From: a virus
Taxonomy: Duplodnaviria; Caudoviricetes
IMG/VR virus record: IMGVR_UViG_3300038797_000106
Coordinates: 1 to 39,649 of that record
Strand: one strand, 5' to 3'
Length of the DNA stretch: 39,649 nt
Shown piece by piece: positions 8,293 to 17,380 of this stretch. How positions within the stretch are numbered: position 1 is the first letter of the stretch; each line of letters starts with the position of its first letter. The notes below the pieces were generated by a model that searched no databases, was not told the DNA's origin, and saw only the letters and a list, made by a program, of their open reading frames with translations. The translations under genes and the position numbers were made by a program.

Positions 8293-11283
8293 TCAACTGC
8301 CTCGTCTCGTCAGCCCGTAGGCCTCTTCAATGGCTCGGGAGCGTTCGCCACCGCCCCAAATGTCTGCCACAAAAACGTCAACTTGCTCTCGACCGTCAGG
8401 AAGCGTTCGGGTCTCGACTGACCCAGCCTTATTGCGATCGCCGATCAGGTTAACGACAGTGCCGCCCCCGGCCTGCTTAGACCTAACGTCCTCAAGGGTC
8501 TTGTCCAGCTTTGCGCTGGTCGAAGCGGTCGTGACCCGCTCGCCCTTCTGCAGCAGCCACGTGCCATCTTCAGGAACAGAGTCGATGCCGTCATGCGCCA
8601 TACCGGCCAAAGCAGCGCTGGCAACACCGGCCACCATGGGCGCGGTGATGCCAGCAGCCGTGGCAGCCGCGCCAGGTGCAAGGAAGGGCCCGACAATTGG
8701 GATGGCAGCAGTACTGGCGAACGCAGCCAACTGGGCCTGGAACGAAGTAGCCTGCGCATTGGCGATCAGCGTGGTAGCAGCACTAGCCTGGGTGGCTTTG
8801 CCGGCCACCAGCTGAACTGCCTGGTAAACCAACCACTGCGCAGCCATCTGGGCCAAAGCATTGATAATGCTTTTGGCCATTGTCGAAGCCACGTTAACGA
8901 ACGCATCGCCCAGGCTTTCCGATTCAAGGATCATTGAGGCGATCCCATCGCCAACCGCACTGGTCATGGTGTCCAACGTGCTGGCCGTGAAGTCGGCGGC
9001 TTGCTGCTGATAATCCACCGCCGTGTCTCGGTAGTTCTCCCACGCAGAAGAAACCCCGTCCAGCCAGTTGTTCTGCGCCTCGTCCTGCCGGGCGTAGTAG
9101 TCCTGCTGGATCTCCATTCGCTCTTCAAGCGCCTGGCGAAGAAGCTCGGTTTCCTGCTTGTACAGTTCCTCGCTGATGTCACCGCCGTTGTATTGCCTCT
9201 GGAGGTCGGTCAGTTGCTTGTTGAATTCTTGCTGGATGGCAAGGTCAGCCTTCAGGCGCTCTTTGAGCTTGTCACCACTGCCAGAACCAGCAAGCTCAAT
9301 CTCGAAGCCCATGCGAGCGGTTTGATTACCCTCATCCAGTGCCGCGCCGAATGACCGGGCTTTGGCCGCATCCTCGTTGGCTTGTTTGAGCTTCTGCAGG
9401 CGATCAAGCTCATCAGCCAGGCCTTTAAGCCGCTCTTGCTGCTGAGCATTGATACCCACCAGCTTTCCCGACTCGATCTCGAACTGGAGCTTGGCCACCT
9501 CAGTGGCTTTCTTCCGGGCGTCAGCACTGGTATTGATGAGCGCGATCTGTCGTTGATAGTCGGTGATCGCATCGGCGCCGCGCTTTCTTGTCGCCGATTC
9601 GGCGTTGGCAGCTGCGGTTGCGGCGCGCTTCGCTTCCTCTCCCCGCTTTTTATCAGCATCGGCAGCTGCCTCGCTTGCATCCAGCGTCTTGGCCTTGGCT
9701 ATGAGAAGGTCTGCCTCGCCGTCCTTTAATCCGGTGATAAGACCTGCGCCTATTCGAGCCGAGAGCTTGTCGGCGTTCGTCTTCTTCCCAGACAGCAATA
9801 TCTGCTCGTCCAGGGTCTTGGCCAGGTCGCGGTATGCCTTGGACTGCTCGATCACCGGGCCGGCGGCCAGGATCCCGTTGAGAATGTTGATCTGCTCGCC
9901 GAATGCCTCAACCTTCTGGCGTGCGGTGTCGAGTTCGCCTTGCGCTGCGATGAGGGATTCATTCCACTCCCGCTGCCGAGCATCAGTTGGATGTTCGCGC
10001 AGAAGTCGTTGGTACTGGTTGACTGCACTTTCTGCATCAATGGCGCGCAGCTGCGCATCAAGGAGGTCTTTGTTGATCTCCTGAAGTGCCGCGGCGGCCT
10101 GGTTCTTGGTGAATCCATCGAACGATTGGGTGAGTAGGTCAACCTTGTTCGTCAAGGTCGAGGCCGTCTCGTCTGCATCGTCACCACTTAGGGCGAAATA
10201 GGCCAGTGCACTAGCAGCCAGCAGCACCACTCCCGTTGGACCGCCAAGTAGTGCCATGGCCGCAGACGCACCGCGAGCTGCAACGCCAACGCTCACGATG
10301 CCAGCAGCGGCGCCTGGCGCAATGCCGGCCATTCTGGCAAGCGCCAGTTGGTAGCGTATGGCCTCAACCTGTCCAGCAGCGAACGCCAGCGTAGTGCCCA
10401 CAACGCTCGCAGCGAGCCGAGTCGCTAGGATAACAGCCAGCGCAGATGCAGCCTGAGCTGTGAGGTTAATGGCCGTCTTGGCCTCCGGTGAGGAAAGAAC
10501 GTCGTTCAGTGCCTCGATAGCGCTCTTGGCCGCATCGAGACTGCCCTCACCCGTGAGCAGACCTGAAACCGTGTTGCGCAGGCCATCGATTGCGCCGCCG
10601 AAAGTATCCCGGGCCGCCGCGGCTGCACCGCTGTAGGACTCTTCAAGGGAGTTAAGAATGATGCCCTGAGCGCTCGCTACATCTCCCGTGGACTCGAACG
10701 ACTCCGCCAGCTTCTTCTGTTCCTCCGTGAAGCGGAAGCCTTGCTTACTTAGGGATGTGAGACCCTGCGATGGTACGTCCAGCGCACGGCCAATAGTTTC
10801 CGCAGCCTGCTGCACGGTCATGCCGGTACGCGCCGCCATGTCTGCCGCCGCCTGAAGGGCACGGGTAAATTGGTTACCGACTACGCCGGTGAAAGCCAGC
10901 AGCGCGGTCTGCGCCTGGTTGATATCGCCGCCGGAGAATGTCGTCGCCTTCTCCATGGCATCGGCCATTTCGTTCAACTGGTCGCGGTTAAAGCCGGCAG
11001 CCTCGCCCGTCGAGCGAAGCACGGCCGCCAACTGAGCCTGCTCTTTCTCCGCAGCCTGCGTCTCAGCAATGAAGGCAGTGAAGATCGCGCCCACAGAAAG
11101 ACCAGCAACAGCACCAGCCACTACTTCGCCAAGGGCCTCCCAGGCAAGGGCCGCAACATCAGCTGACTCCGCGATCGCCTTGCCTGATTTGCGCGCGGAC
11201 GCCTCAGCCTTATCCATTGGCCCCGTGAATCCACCGATTCTCGCAATCAGGTCGAGAGTCAAAGTTCCTAACGTGCTGGCCAT
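8293..11283 (-). CDS. Tail tape measure protein
   Basis: About 1000 aa, Ala-rich helical. N-terminal LGTLTLDLIARIGGF, C-terminal AHDGIDSVPEDGTWLLQKGERV. Confidence 0.93.
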   Translation of the reverse strand: MASTLGTLTLDLIARIGGFTGPMDKAEASARKSGKAIAESADVAALAWEALGEVVAGAVAGLSVGAIFTAFIAETQAAEKEQAQLAAVLRSTGEAAGFNRDQLNEMADAMEKATTFSGGDINQAQTALLAFTGVVGNQFTRALQAAADMAARTGMTVQQAAETIGRALDVPSQGLTSLSKQGFRFTEEQKKLAESFESTGDVASAQGIILNSLEESYSGAAAAARDTFGGAIDGLRNTVSGLLTGEGSLDAAKSAIEALNDVLSSPEAKTAINLTAQAASALAVILATRLAASVVGTTLAFAAGQVEAIRYQLALARMAGIAPGAAAGIVSVGVAARGASAAMALLGGPTGVVLLAASALAYFALSGDDADETASTLTNKVDLLTQSFDGFTKNQAAAALQEINKDLLDAQLRAIDAESAVNQYQRLLREHPTDARQREWNESLIAAQGELDTARQKVEAFGEQINILNGILAAGPVIEQSKAYRDLAKTLDEQILLSGKKTNADKLSARIGAGLITGLKDGEADLLIAKAKTLDASEAAADADKKRGEEAKRAATAAANAESATRKRGADAITDYQRQIALINTSADARKKATEVAKLQFEIESGKLVGINAQQQERLKGLADELDRLQKLKQANEDAAKARSFGAALDEGNQTARMGFEIELAGSGSGDKLKERLKADLAIQQEFNKQLTDLQRQYNGGDISEELYKQETELLRQALEERMEIQQDYYARQDEAQNNWLDGVSSAWENYRDTAVDYQQQAADFTASTLDTMTSAVGDGIASMILESESLGDAFVNVASTMAKSIINALAQMAAQWLVYQAVQLVAGKATQASAATTLIANAQATSFQAQLAAFASTAAIPIVGPFLAPGAAATAAGITAPMVAGVASAALAGMAHDGIDSVPEDGTWLLQKGERVTTASTSAKLDKTLEDVRSKQAGGGTVVNLIGDRNKAGSVETRTLPDGREQVDVFVADIWGGGERSRAIEEAYGLTRRGS

Positions 11284-11300
11284 TAACAATCTCCAGATAC

Positions 11301-11330
11301 AAAAAAACCCGCTTTAAGCGGGCTTTTTTT
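11301..11330. terminator. Bidirectional intrinsic terminator ending the moron
   Basis: AAAAAAA-CCCGC-TTTAA-GCGGG-CTTTTTTT. Confidence 0.8.
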
Positions 11331-11341
11331 CAATGACGTCT

Positions 11342-11794
11342 CTACTGACAGTTACTCAGCCAGTCATCTGAAAAACCTTCGTCTCCAGATTCAATTTTCA
11401 ACGACCCTCGCACCGACTCGTATATGTATCGCCTTTTCCCCGTATACCCGCCAAAACTGTTTTTTGCGTTAACGGTTCCGCAAACGTAAATTGTTCCGTC
11501 CGCCATATAAGCTCTAGCCAACCCAAAATCTGCGCTTTCAGGATCCTTTAGATTCTGCCTGATAGCTGTCAATGCATTGGCTATTGCTCTGTTCTCTTTA
11601 GACGTTTTAGGGTCCTTCACCCCGATGAAATTGCTGCCGATTAGATACGCACCGGACACAGCCACGGAAAAAACCAGCACATACCCAACCGCTTTTCTCA
11701 TTACTGCGAAGGCTGGATGAGCTTGGCAACTCGGGCAAACAGTATCTTCAACAGGGTAGAACGCAGAGCATTTCCAGCATTTTTTGGTCTTCAT
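11342..11794 (-). CDS. Moron: membrane-anchored hypothetical protein with N-terminal zinc ribbon
   Basis: CWKC...CPSC, one TM helix, then LKDPESADF...VCGTVNAKNSFGGYTG. AT-rich, with its own terminator. Confidence 0.75.
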   Translation of the reverse strand: MKTKKCWKCSAFYPVEDTVCPSCQAHPAFAVMRKAVGYVLVFSVAVSGAYLIGSNFIGVKDPKTSKENRAIANALTAIRQNLKDPESADFGLARAYMADGTIYVCGTVNAKNSFGGYTGKRRYIYESVRGSLKIESGDEGFSDDWLSNCQ

Positions 11795-11875
11795 GACGCC
11801 TCACTCCAAGTGAACGCCAAGCAATCTACCACCGCTGCTGGAACACCAAAAACCACAACGACCCTAAACCGTCGT

Positions 11876-12178
11876 TCACGCCCAGCTCGCAAGCGCTTCT
11901 TCAAGAGTCATTTCAGGCTCAGGCTCATGTGGCATGAAGTCGTAGATCTTGTACTTGACCTTGTCTGAGTTCTTGTTGGCGTATAGGGTCGCCAGCAGTG
12001 CAAAGCCGCGCTCGATGCGCATGCCCAGGTTGAGCGAGCCACGCTTGTTCCGGTACGCCGCCCACCGCCTGAACTCGGGCAGGCTCACTCGCTCTCGGGA
12101 TTCAGCGATGGTGCATCCGAGGGTGATGGCGAGCTCGTGCTCGAGTTCGTCGAATTCGGTGAGCTCTGAGTCTTTCCC
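11876..12178 (-). CDS. Tail assembly chaperone gpGT C-terminal part, read via -1 frameshift
   Basis: The -1 frame after GGGAAAG reads GKDSELTEFDELEHELAITLGCTIAESRERVSLPEFRRWAAY..., open to 11876. Confidence 0.8.
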   Translation of the reverse strand, partial: GKDSELTEFDELEHELAITLGCTIAESRERVSLPEFRRWAAYRNKRGSLNLGMRIERGFALLATLYANKNSDKVKYKIYDFMPHEPEPEMTLEEALASWA

Positions 12179-12510
12179 GGGTTGTTGACCTCGCCAATCG
12201 CGGAAAGCAGTGCGACGGTCAGGTTGCCGTCGAGCGCGCCGCGATCCGGGTCTGCCTCGCCGGTGATATCACCGATCTTGAAGATCGGCTGTCCGGCTTC
12301 GTCGCAAATGCAAGAGGCAATACGGCCAGCGACCCCGTCATGCTTTCCAGCAACAGCAATGAGATCGCTCACCGCCGACTGGTAGCCGAGCAAGCGGACG
12401 TACACGGTGGCAGTGTATTCCTGGGTGCCCTGCTTCCAGGTGATGGTCTTTTCGACCGGCGCGCCGGTGAAAGCGCCTACTTCCTTGAGGTTCTGGATAC
12501 TGAGTTTCAT
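12085..12510 (-). CDS. Tail assembly chaperone (gpG-like)
   Basis: Between the major tail protein and TMP, with a slippery site near the 3' end. Confidence 0.85.
   Translation of the reverse strand: MKLSIQNLKEVGAFTGAPVEKTITWKQGTQEYTATVYVRLLGYQSAVSDLIAVAGKHDGVAGRIASCICDEAGQPIFKIGDITGEADPDRGALDGNLTVALLSAIGEVNNPGKTQSSPNSTNSSTSSPSPSDAPSLNPESE
12172..12178 (-). other. Programmed -1 ribosomal frameshift site GGGAAAG
   Basis: Same heptamer as lambda G/GT, in the correct phase (CCG GGA AAG). Confidence 0.85.
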
Positions 12511-12519
12511 GGCCTACCC

Positions 12520-13248
12520 TTATGCAGTCTTGCGGATCCAGGCGGAACCGCCAGATCGCTGGATGGTTGCAGCAGTGGTGACGACGGCGTTAGCAGCGAA
12601 GTCAAACGGGAAGTCCGAGACGTAGCCGTCGAAGAGGAACCAGGTGCGGGTGGGCGGCAGAACGAAGTCGTCACCCTCGCCAAGCACTGCAGTGGCGGCT
12701 GCGCCAGTACCTCCGCCGCCGGTCAATGCGATCGTCGGCGCCGTGGTGTATCCAGCACCTGCGTTGGTGATGTTGAACCCGGTCACTTCGCCACCGGAAA
12801 TAATCGCTGTAGCCGTTGCGCCGGTACCCCCGCCGCCGGTGATCGCCACGGCTGGGGCTGTGGTGTATCCGGTACCACCAGCGCCAAGACTGATCGCGGC
12901 CAACGCGCCGGAAGTGCCGACTGTAGGCGCGATGCCTTTGCCGTCAGACCAGCCCACTACCCAGCGAATGCTTTCAATCGAATCGTCCTCGGAGAGCTGA
13001 TGCAGCCGAACGTGCGAGGCATTGCGCGGATCCGCGTTCAGGCTCAGGGTTGCCTGGCCTGGGGTGCGCAGGCCGCGCATGTAGCTGCGCACCGTCTCGC
13101 TCAGGCAAGTAGTTTCGATCTGGTCGGCTGGGTTGCCGCCAGGGCTGAACGCGGTAGCGCACTCGACCTCCATTACTTCGAAGATCGACGGGTTACCTGC
13201 AGTAGGCACCAGGGCGTAGACCTGGGTCCCTTGGGACAGAATCGACAT
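12520..13248 (-). CDS. Major tail tube protein with inserted Gly/Thr-rich repeat domain
   Basis: [35 protein letters not shown] are HK97-like tube motifs. Confidence 0.88.
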   Translation of the reverse strand: MSILSQGTQVYALVPTAGNPSIFEVMEVECATAFSPGGNPADQIETTCLSETVRSYMRGLRTPGQATLSLNADPRNASHVRLHQLSEDDSIESIRWVVGWSDGKGIAPTVGTSGALAAISLGAGGTGYTTAPAVAITGGGGTGATATAIISGGEVTGFNITNAGAGYTTAPTIALTGGGGTGAAATAVLGEGDDFVLPPTRTWFLFDGYVSDFPFDFAANAVVTTAATIQRSGGSAWIRKTA

Positions 13249-13314
13249 GGCGTTCTCCAAATGTCGGGCAAAAGAAAACCCGCACTTGGCGGGCTTGGGT
13301 CTGGATGTGCTACT

Positions 13315-13683
13315 TCAGCGCGGGACTTTCCAATCAACATCAAACCCGGCGCGGTAGTTTTTGGTTACCGGGTCTCGTCCTTCGACGCCGTATCGAGTGA
13401 GGTATGCATCAAGCTCAATTGCGTCACGAATAGCGGCGCGGACGCGTCTAGCAGAAGTGCCTGTCGTGGCGTATACGTCGACCTGCAGGGTGAAGCCGTC
13501 AATATCAGGCCTGCCCGCCAAGTAGTTCTCAGGGCTACCCGATATCACCTGCCAGACTGCATAAGGCTTGGCCACGCCCTCGGGAGCTTCGCCAAACGAA
13601 TAGAGCCGGGTTTCCACACCACTACCAATCAGCGCGCCGACGGCGGCATTCTTCGAGCAAATCTCAAAAATGGGGGCGCTCAT
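13315..13683 (-). CDS. Tail terminator (DUF3168-like)
   Basis: RLYSFGEAP...PYAVWQ...LQVDVYA motifs, synteny. Confidence 0.8.
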   Translation of the reverse strand: MSAPIFEICSKNAAVGALIGSGVETRLYSFGEAPEGVAKPYAVWQVISGSPENYLAGRPDIDGFTLQVDVYATTGTSARRVRAAIRDAIELDAYLTRYGVEGRDPVTKNYRAGFDVDWKVPR

Positions 13684-14168
13684 CAGGCCGATTCCCCCTT
13701 CTTGGCGGCGCGCTTGATAGCGCGATCGATGGCTTTTTCGTACTCAGTGATGAAGGTGCCGGTTATCTCGCTGATGTTGTCGGCCAATGCTGGACGCATG
13801 AATGGCGCCGCTGCCATCGCTTCCGTACCGAACTCCAGAAGACGCCAGTGCGGGGTTGGAGCGTTAGCGCTCAAGTCCCCGCCATCAGCGAGGACTGCGC
13901 CGTGCATGACCCCGATACGGAACCCCAGATCACCGCTGCGTTTGAACAGGCGTCCATTCCAGCGAACGGCAATGTTGTCCGATATCGAACGGCCGGTGTC
14001 CTTGTCATCCAGTCGTTCGGCGCCCTGCTTTGCCTTGTCGGCAAGCACGTTCGCAGCTCGGCGCAGCGAAGCACGACCACCTTTTCGCTTCGTTTCGTAC
14101 TTCACGCTCTCAAGCTTGGCGAGCAGACTGTCGAGGCCCAGAAGGCTGAACTGTACTGTTTCAGCCAT
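13683..14168 (-). CDS. HK97 gp10-like tail component
   Basis: HWRLLEFGT...PFMRPA motif. Confidence 0.88.
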   Translation of the reverse strand: MAETVQFSLLGLDSLLAKLESVKYETKRKGGRASLRRAANVLADKAKQGAERLDDKDTGRSISDNIAVRWNGRLFKRSGDLGFRIGVMHGAVLADGGDLSANAPTPHWRLLEFGTEAMAAAPFMRPALADNISEITGTFITEYEKAIDRAIKRAAKKGESA

Positions 14169-14502
14169 CCTTCACCCCCTTTGATACCAGAATCGTTAGG
14201 TACTCAAGGCCTGAATTCGCGTCCTCCAGCGGCGGCCCTTCGATGCTGAGCACCTCCCCATGGTAGATAATCCGCATCGTCGGCAAGACGCCAGTTCGAT
14301 ATCGGATAATCACACGCGCGGTGGCCGTGGACTGAGCAGCTTTAGCGGCTACCAGGTCACGGGCAGAAAGAGACTCAACCCTGGCCGGGCACCTCGGCCA
14401 CTTCGTCACCCAGTCAGGCTCACCGAACTCACCGCTTTCTTCGTCGCGGACGGCGACGAACTCCTCGATGTCGATACGGTGCCGGAGCTTTCCGGCCTGC
14501 AT
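14161..14502 (-). CDS. Head closure / head-tail adaptor protein
   Basis: MQAGKLRHRI, IRYRTGV..TMRI motifs. Confidence 0.85.
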   Translation of the reverse strand: MQAGKLRHRIDIEEFVAVRDEESGEFGEPDWVTKWPRCPARVESLSARDLVAAKAAQSTATARVIIRYRTGVLPTMRIIYHGEVLSIEGPPLEDANSGLEYLTILVSKGVKDG

Positions 14503-14978
14503 CACACACCCATCCGGATGCGGTAGGGCATCAACAGATGCTGGGACGCCAGCGGCAGCTCGGTGGCAATGGTGCCGGTGACGACATCCTCGCGGTTGGC
14601 GAACAGGTGGCCAAGTTTCAGCAAGCAGGCCGCCTGAATCGCAGGATTGAGCACCATGCCGTAGGCGATGGAGTCAGCCTGGTCATAAGCCTCGGCCAGC
14701 GCCTGGCGGGCGTGATCGAGCAGGCGGCAGCGCAAGGTGTGGTCCTGCTCTGCCTCCGCAGCAGAAATCGCCGCCGCGTTCGCTCCCCTGGCTTGCTGCA
14801 TGGCAGCCGATACGCCGGTGCGGGCCTGATCGAGAGCCACCTGGTCTAGATAAAAACGACGGTTGAGGAACTGCATCGCCGCCTCCTCCGCCGCATCGAG
14901 CTGCGCCTGGACCAGAGCTTCGTCATCAGGTTCGGCCAGCAGGTGATGCATGGCAATGTCGATGGCAATGACAGACAT
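14502..14978 (-). CDS. Head-tail connector (HK97 gp6-like)
   Basis: ACLLKLGHLFANRE...LLMPYR motif. Confidence 0.85.
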   Translation of the reverse strand: MSVIAIDIAMHHLLAEPDDEALVQAQLDAAEEAAMQFLNRRFYLDQVALDQARTGVSAAMQQARGANAAAISAAEAEQDHTLRCRLLDHARQALAEAYDQADSIAYGMVLNPAIQAACLLKLGHLFANREDVVTGTIATELPLASQHLLMPYRIRMGV

Positions 14979-14980
14979 GG

Positions 14981-15226
14981 TCAGTCAGCCTTCTTTTTGG
15001 CAGCGGCCTTGGGCTTGGTATCAGTGGAAACCGATGCCGAAGTGGTTGCGGCCGGTGAAGCATCACCAAGCGTCAGGTCGACCAGCGCCTCACCGTCGCC
15101 TTCATGCTTCTCCGCGTACCCCTTCTGGATGAGCTCGCGGCCGTGCTGCTCATCGGTGATGAACGGGCTTCCCTCAACCAAGGTTTTCCCACCCAGGTAG
15201 AGTGGCTTCAAGGTCTTCATCTTCAT
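14981..15226 (-). CDS. Small hypothetical protein after the capsid gene
   Basis: GGAGG RBS, MKMKTLKPLYLGG..., Lys/Ala-rich C-terminus. Confidence 0.7.
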   Translation of the reverse strand: MKMKTLKPLYLGGKTLVEGSPFITDEQHGRELIQKGYAEKHEGDGEALVDLTLGDASPAATTSASVSTDTKPKAAAKKKAD

Positions 15227-15267
15227 GACAGCCTCCAGCGGGCCGCCGCGCGGGCGGCCCATTCAGG

Positions 15268-16482
15268 TCAAGGGGTGGTCGGAGCGGTGAAATTGCCGTA
15301 GATGAAGGCCTCAGGGCGCTTCACCGCCAGCGCAACACGCTCCTCGCAGCGGATCGAGATCATGTTCTTCTCGAAGTCGTCGGCGTTCTCGGTCGAGATC
15401 ACCACGTTGGCGTCCTCGCGATCGAACAGCTGAGCGCCAGTCTGGAAGGCGCCGGTCAGGAACTTGCCCTGGAACGCGGCGATCTCGGTGGCAACGACCG
15501 GCAGGCCCCACAGCAGCGGACCGGTCAGGCCCAGCGGGTTGGCCAGGATGTAGCGGCCAAGGGTGTCCTTGGTCAGTTCGATCTTCGCCCAGTCGATGAA
15601 GTGCAGAACGTGGCCCGAGGCAGGCAGGCGCGCCAGCTGAGCCTGCAGCATGGCCAGACGCAGGTCATCGATACCGGACTGCTGGTCGACTTCGAACGCC
15701 GCCGCGAAAGCGGTGGCTTGCGGAACGATGCCATGCAGATGCACGCCAGTGCCGTCACCGAACAGAATTTCCTGCTCTTCGGCGTACTTGAGGCCGTAGC
15801 GCATCTCGGTGTCGATGGTGGATTGCAGCTGCGCGAAGTCGTCCAGGATCTGCTTGGACGCCTTGAACATGTGAGCGATGGTGCTCACCGGGGTGATCTT
15901 GGTAGCGAACTGGATATCGCTGTAAGGCTTCGCGGTGTTTTCAGCCACGACGCGAGCGGCGTTGGTGAAGCCGGTCTGCTGCACCCAGAAGATCGCGGGA
16001 GAGGTGGTTCGGCCCGGGGCAATCAGGTCGCGGATGAACAGGCGCTGCTTCGGCTCGGCATCGATACCAGGCAGGCGCTGCGGCTCGACCACGCCCTCGG
16101 CAACGCCAGAGCTGATCAGGGCGGCCTGCACCGGAACGCTCACGCGGCGGTTACCCTCGACGCTGGCTGCGAACTGCTTCAGCGCTTCGCTTTTGATCAC
16201 GACGCCACCAACGGTGTCGCGAGGGGTGGCAGCGCTGTTGCCAGGGTTGCGCACCAGCTCCTGCTCCATTTCTCCGAGGCGGGCCTTGAGTTGCTTCTCG
16301 GCTTCAGTCAGGGAGTTGAACTTGGTGGCCAGCTCATCGACGGTCGCCTTGGTCTCGCTCGACAGAGAACCGGCCTTCTTGGCTTCGGCCAGGGCATTCT
16401 CGGCCTGCTTGCTGAATTCGTCGGTCGCCTTCTTCAATTCGGCGGATACGTTTTTCAGCAGATCTGCGGTGGATTCGCTCAT
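15268..16482 (-). CDS. Major capsid protein, HK97 family
   Basis: N-terminal coiled-coil delta domain, EEQEILFGDGTG, DDFEKNMISIRCEER, RPEAF. Confidence 0.95.
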   Translation of the reverse strand: MSESTADLLKNVSAELKKATDEFSKQAENALAEAKKAGSLSSETKATVDELATKFNSLTEAEKQLKARLGEMEQELVRNPGNSAATPRDTVGGVVIKSEALKQFAASVEGNRRVSVPVQAALISSGVAEGVVEPQRLPGIDAEPKQRLFIRDLIAPGRTTSPAIFWVQQTGFTNAARVVAENTAKPYSDIQFATKITPVSTIAHMFKASKQILDDFAQLQSTIDTEMRYGLKYAEEQEILFGDGTGVHLHGIVPQATAFAAAFEVDQQSGIDDLRLAMLQAQLARLPASGHVLHFIDWAKIELTKDTLGRYILANPLGLTGPLLWGLPVVATEIAAFQGKFLTGAFQTGAQLFDREDANVVISTENADDFEKNMISIRCEERVALAVKRPEAFIYGNFTAPTTP

Positions 16483-17366
16483 GGTTTTGCTCCGGTTTGG
16501 ATAGCTGCTGCCGAAAACCGCGCGAGTGCGGCTTGTAGGTCGGCGATGGGGTTGGCCAGGTCGGCCGGTGTTTCGGCAGCGTTCTGCTTGCCGGAGCTGG
16601 TAGCGCCAGGCGTACCAGCTTTGAGGTCTTGAATCAGCGCGCGCCGGTCGGTGCGCGACATGCCTTGCTTGGCGAGAATCACGTCCAGGCGTCGAGCCGC
16701 CACCTGATGAGGTGCGGAGGCCTGCGGGTCTTCCTGGATCGCATCCGAGGCAAGCAGGCTGTCAGCGAAACCTGCCTCTATCGCGGCGCTGCCGCCCATC
16801 CAGGTCTCCACGTCCATCAGCTTGCGCATCGCTTCCGGCTTATCGCCGGTGCGAACTGAGTAGATATCGGCCAGCGTCCCGTCGATTTGCTCGAGGAAGT
16901 CAGCTACCTCGCGGATCTCGTTACGATCTCCTGCGGCCATGGTCCAGCTGTTGTGGATCATCAGGAAGCCGGCCCGGGCGACCTGGACTTCATCGGCGGC
17001 CATCGCAATGAAGGATGCGGCCGAGGCAGCCAGGCCCAGCACCTGGACGGTCACCTTGCCTTTGTGCTCGCGCAGCAAGTTGTAGATGGCCAGGCCTTCG
17101 AAGACATCGCCGCCAGGGCTGTTGATCTTCACGGTCACATCGTTGTCGCCGATGGAGCGCAGCGCAGCGCTGATCCGCTTGGCTGTTACGCCTTCGCCAG
17201 TCCACCAGTCGAAGCCGATCGGATCGTACATGGTGATAGTGTTGTCGTCGGTCGCGGCGGCTTTGATCGACGGGTTCCAGCGCTCCAGCGCCATCGGCAT
17301 GAGATCGCAGTGGATCTGCGCGCGCGGGCGTGCCGCCGGAGCCTCCGGAATGGTCTTCAGTGTCAT
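16479..17366 (-). CDS. Head maturation protease, ClpP-like
   Basis: INSPGGDVFEG, GLAASAASFIAM, LMIHN, ETWM motifs. Confidence 0.93.
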   Translation of the reverse strand: MTLKTIPEAPAARPRAQIHCDLMPMALERWNPSIKAAATDDNTITMYDPIGFDWWTGEGVTAKRISAALRSIGDNDVTVKINSPGGDVFEGLAIYNLLREHKGKVTVQVLGLAASAASFIAMAADEVQVARAGFLMIHNSWTMAAGDRNEIREVADFLEQIDGTLADIYSVRTGDKPEAMRKLMDVETWMGGSAAIEAGFADSLLASDAIQEDPQASAPHQVAARRLDVILAKQGMSRTDRRALIQDLKAGTPGATSSGKQNAAETPADLANPIADLQAALARFSAAAIQTGAKP

Positions 17367-17380
17367 GAGTTACTCCAGGG

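Noticed and set aside
12340-14184. 614-aa plus-strand ORF
   Set aside because: Antisense to well-supported tail genes with no recognisable motifs. It is a shadow ORF typical of GC-rich DNA.
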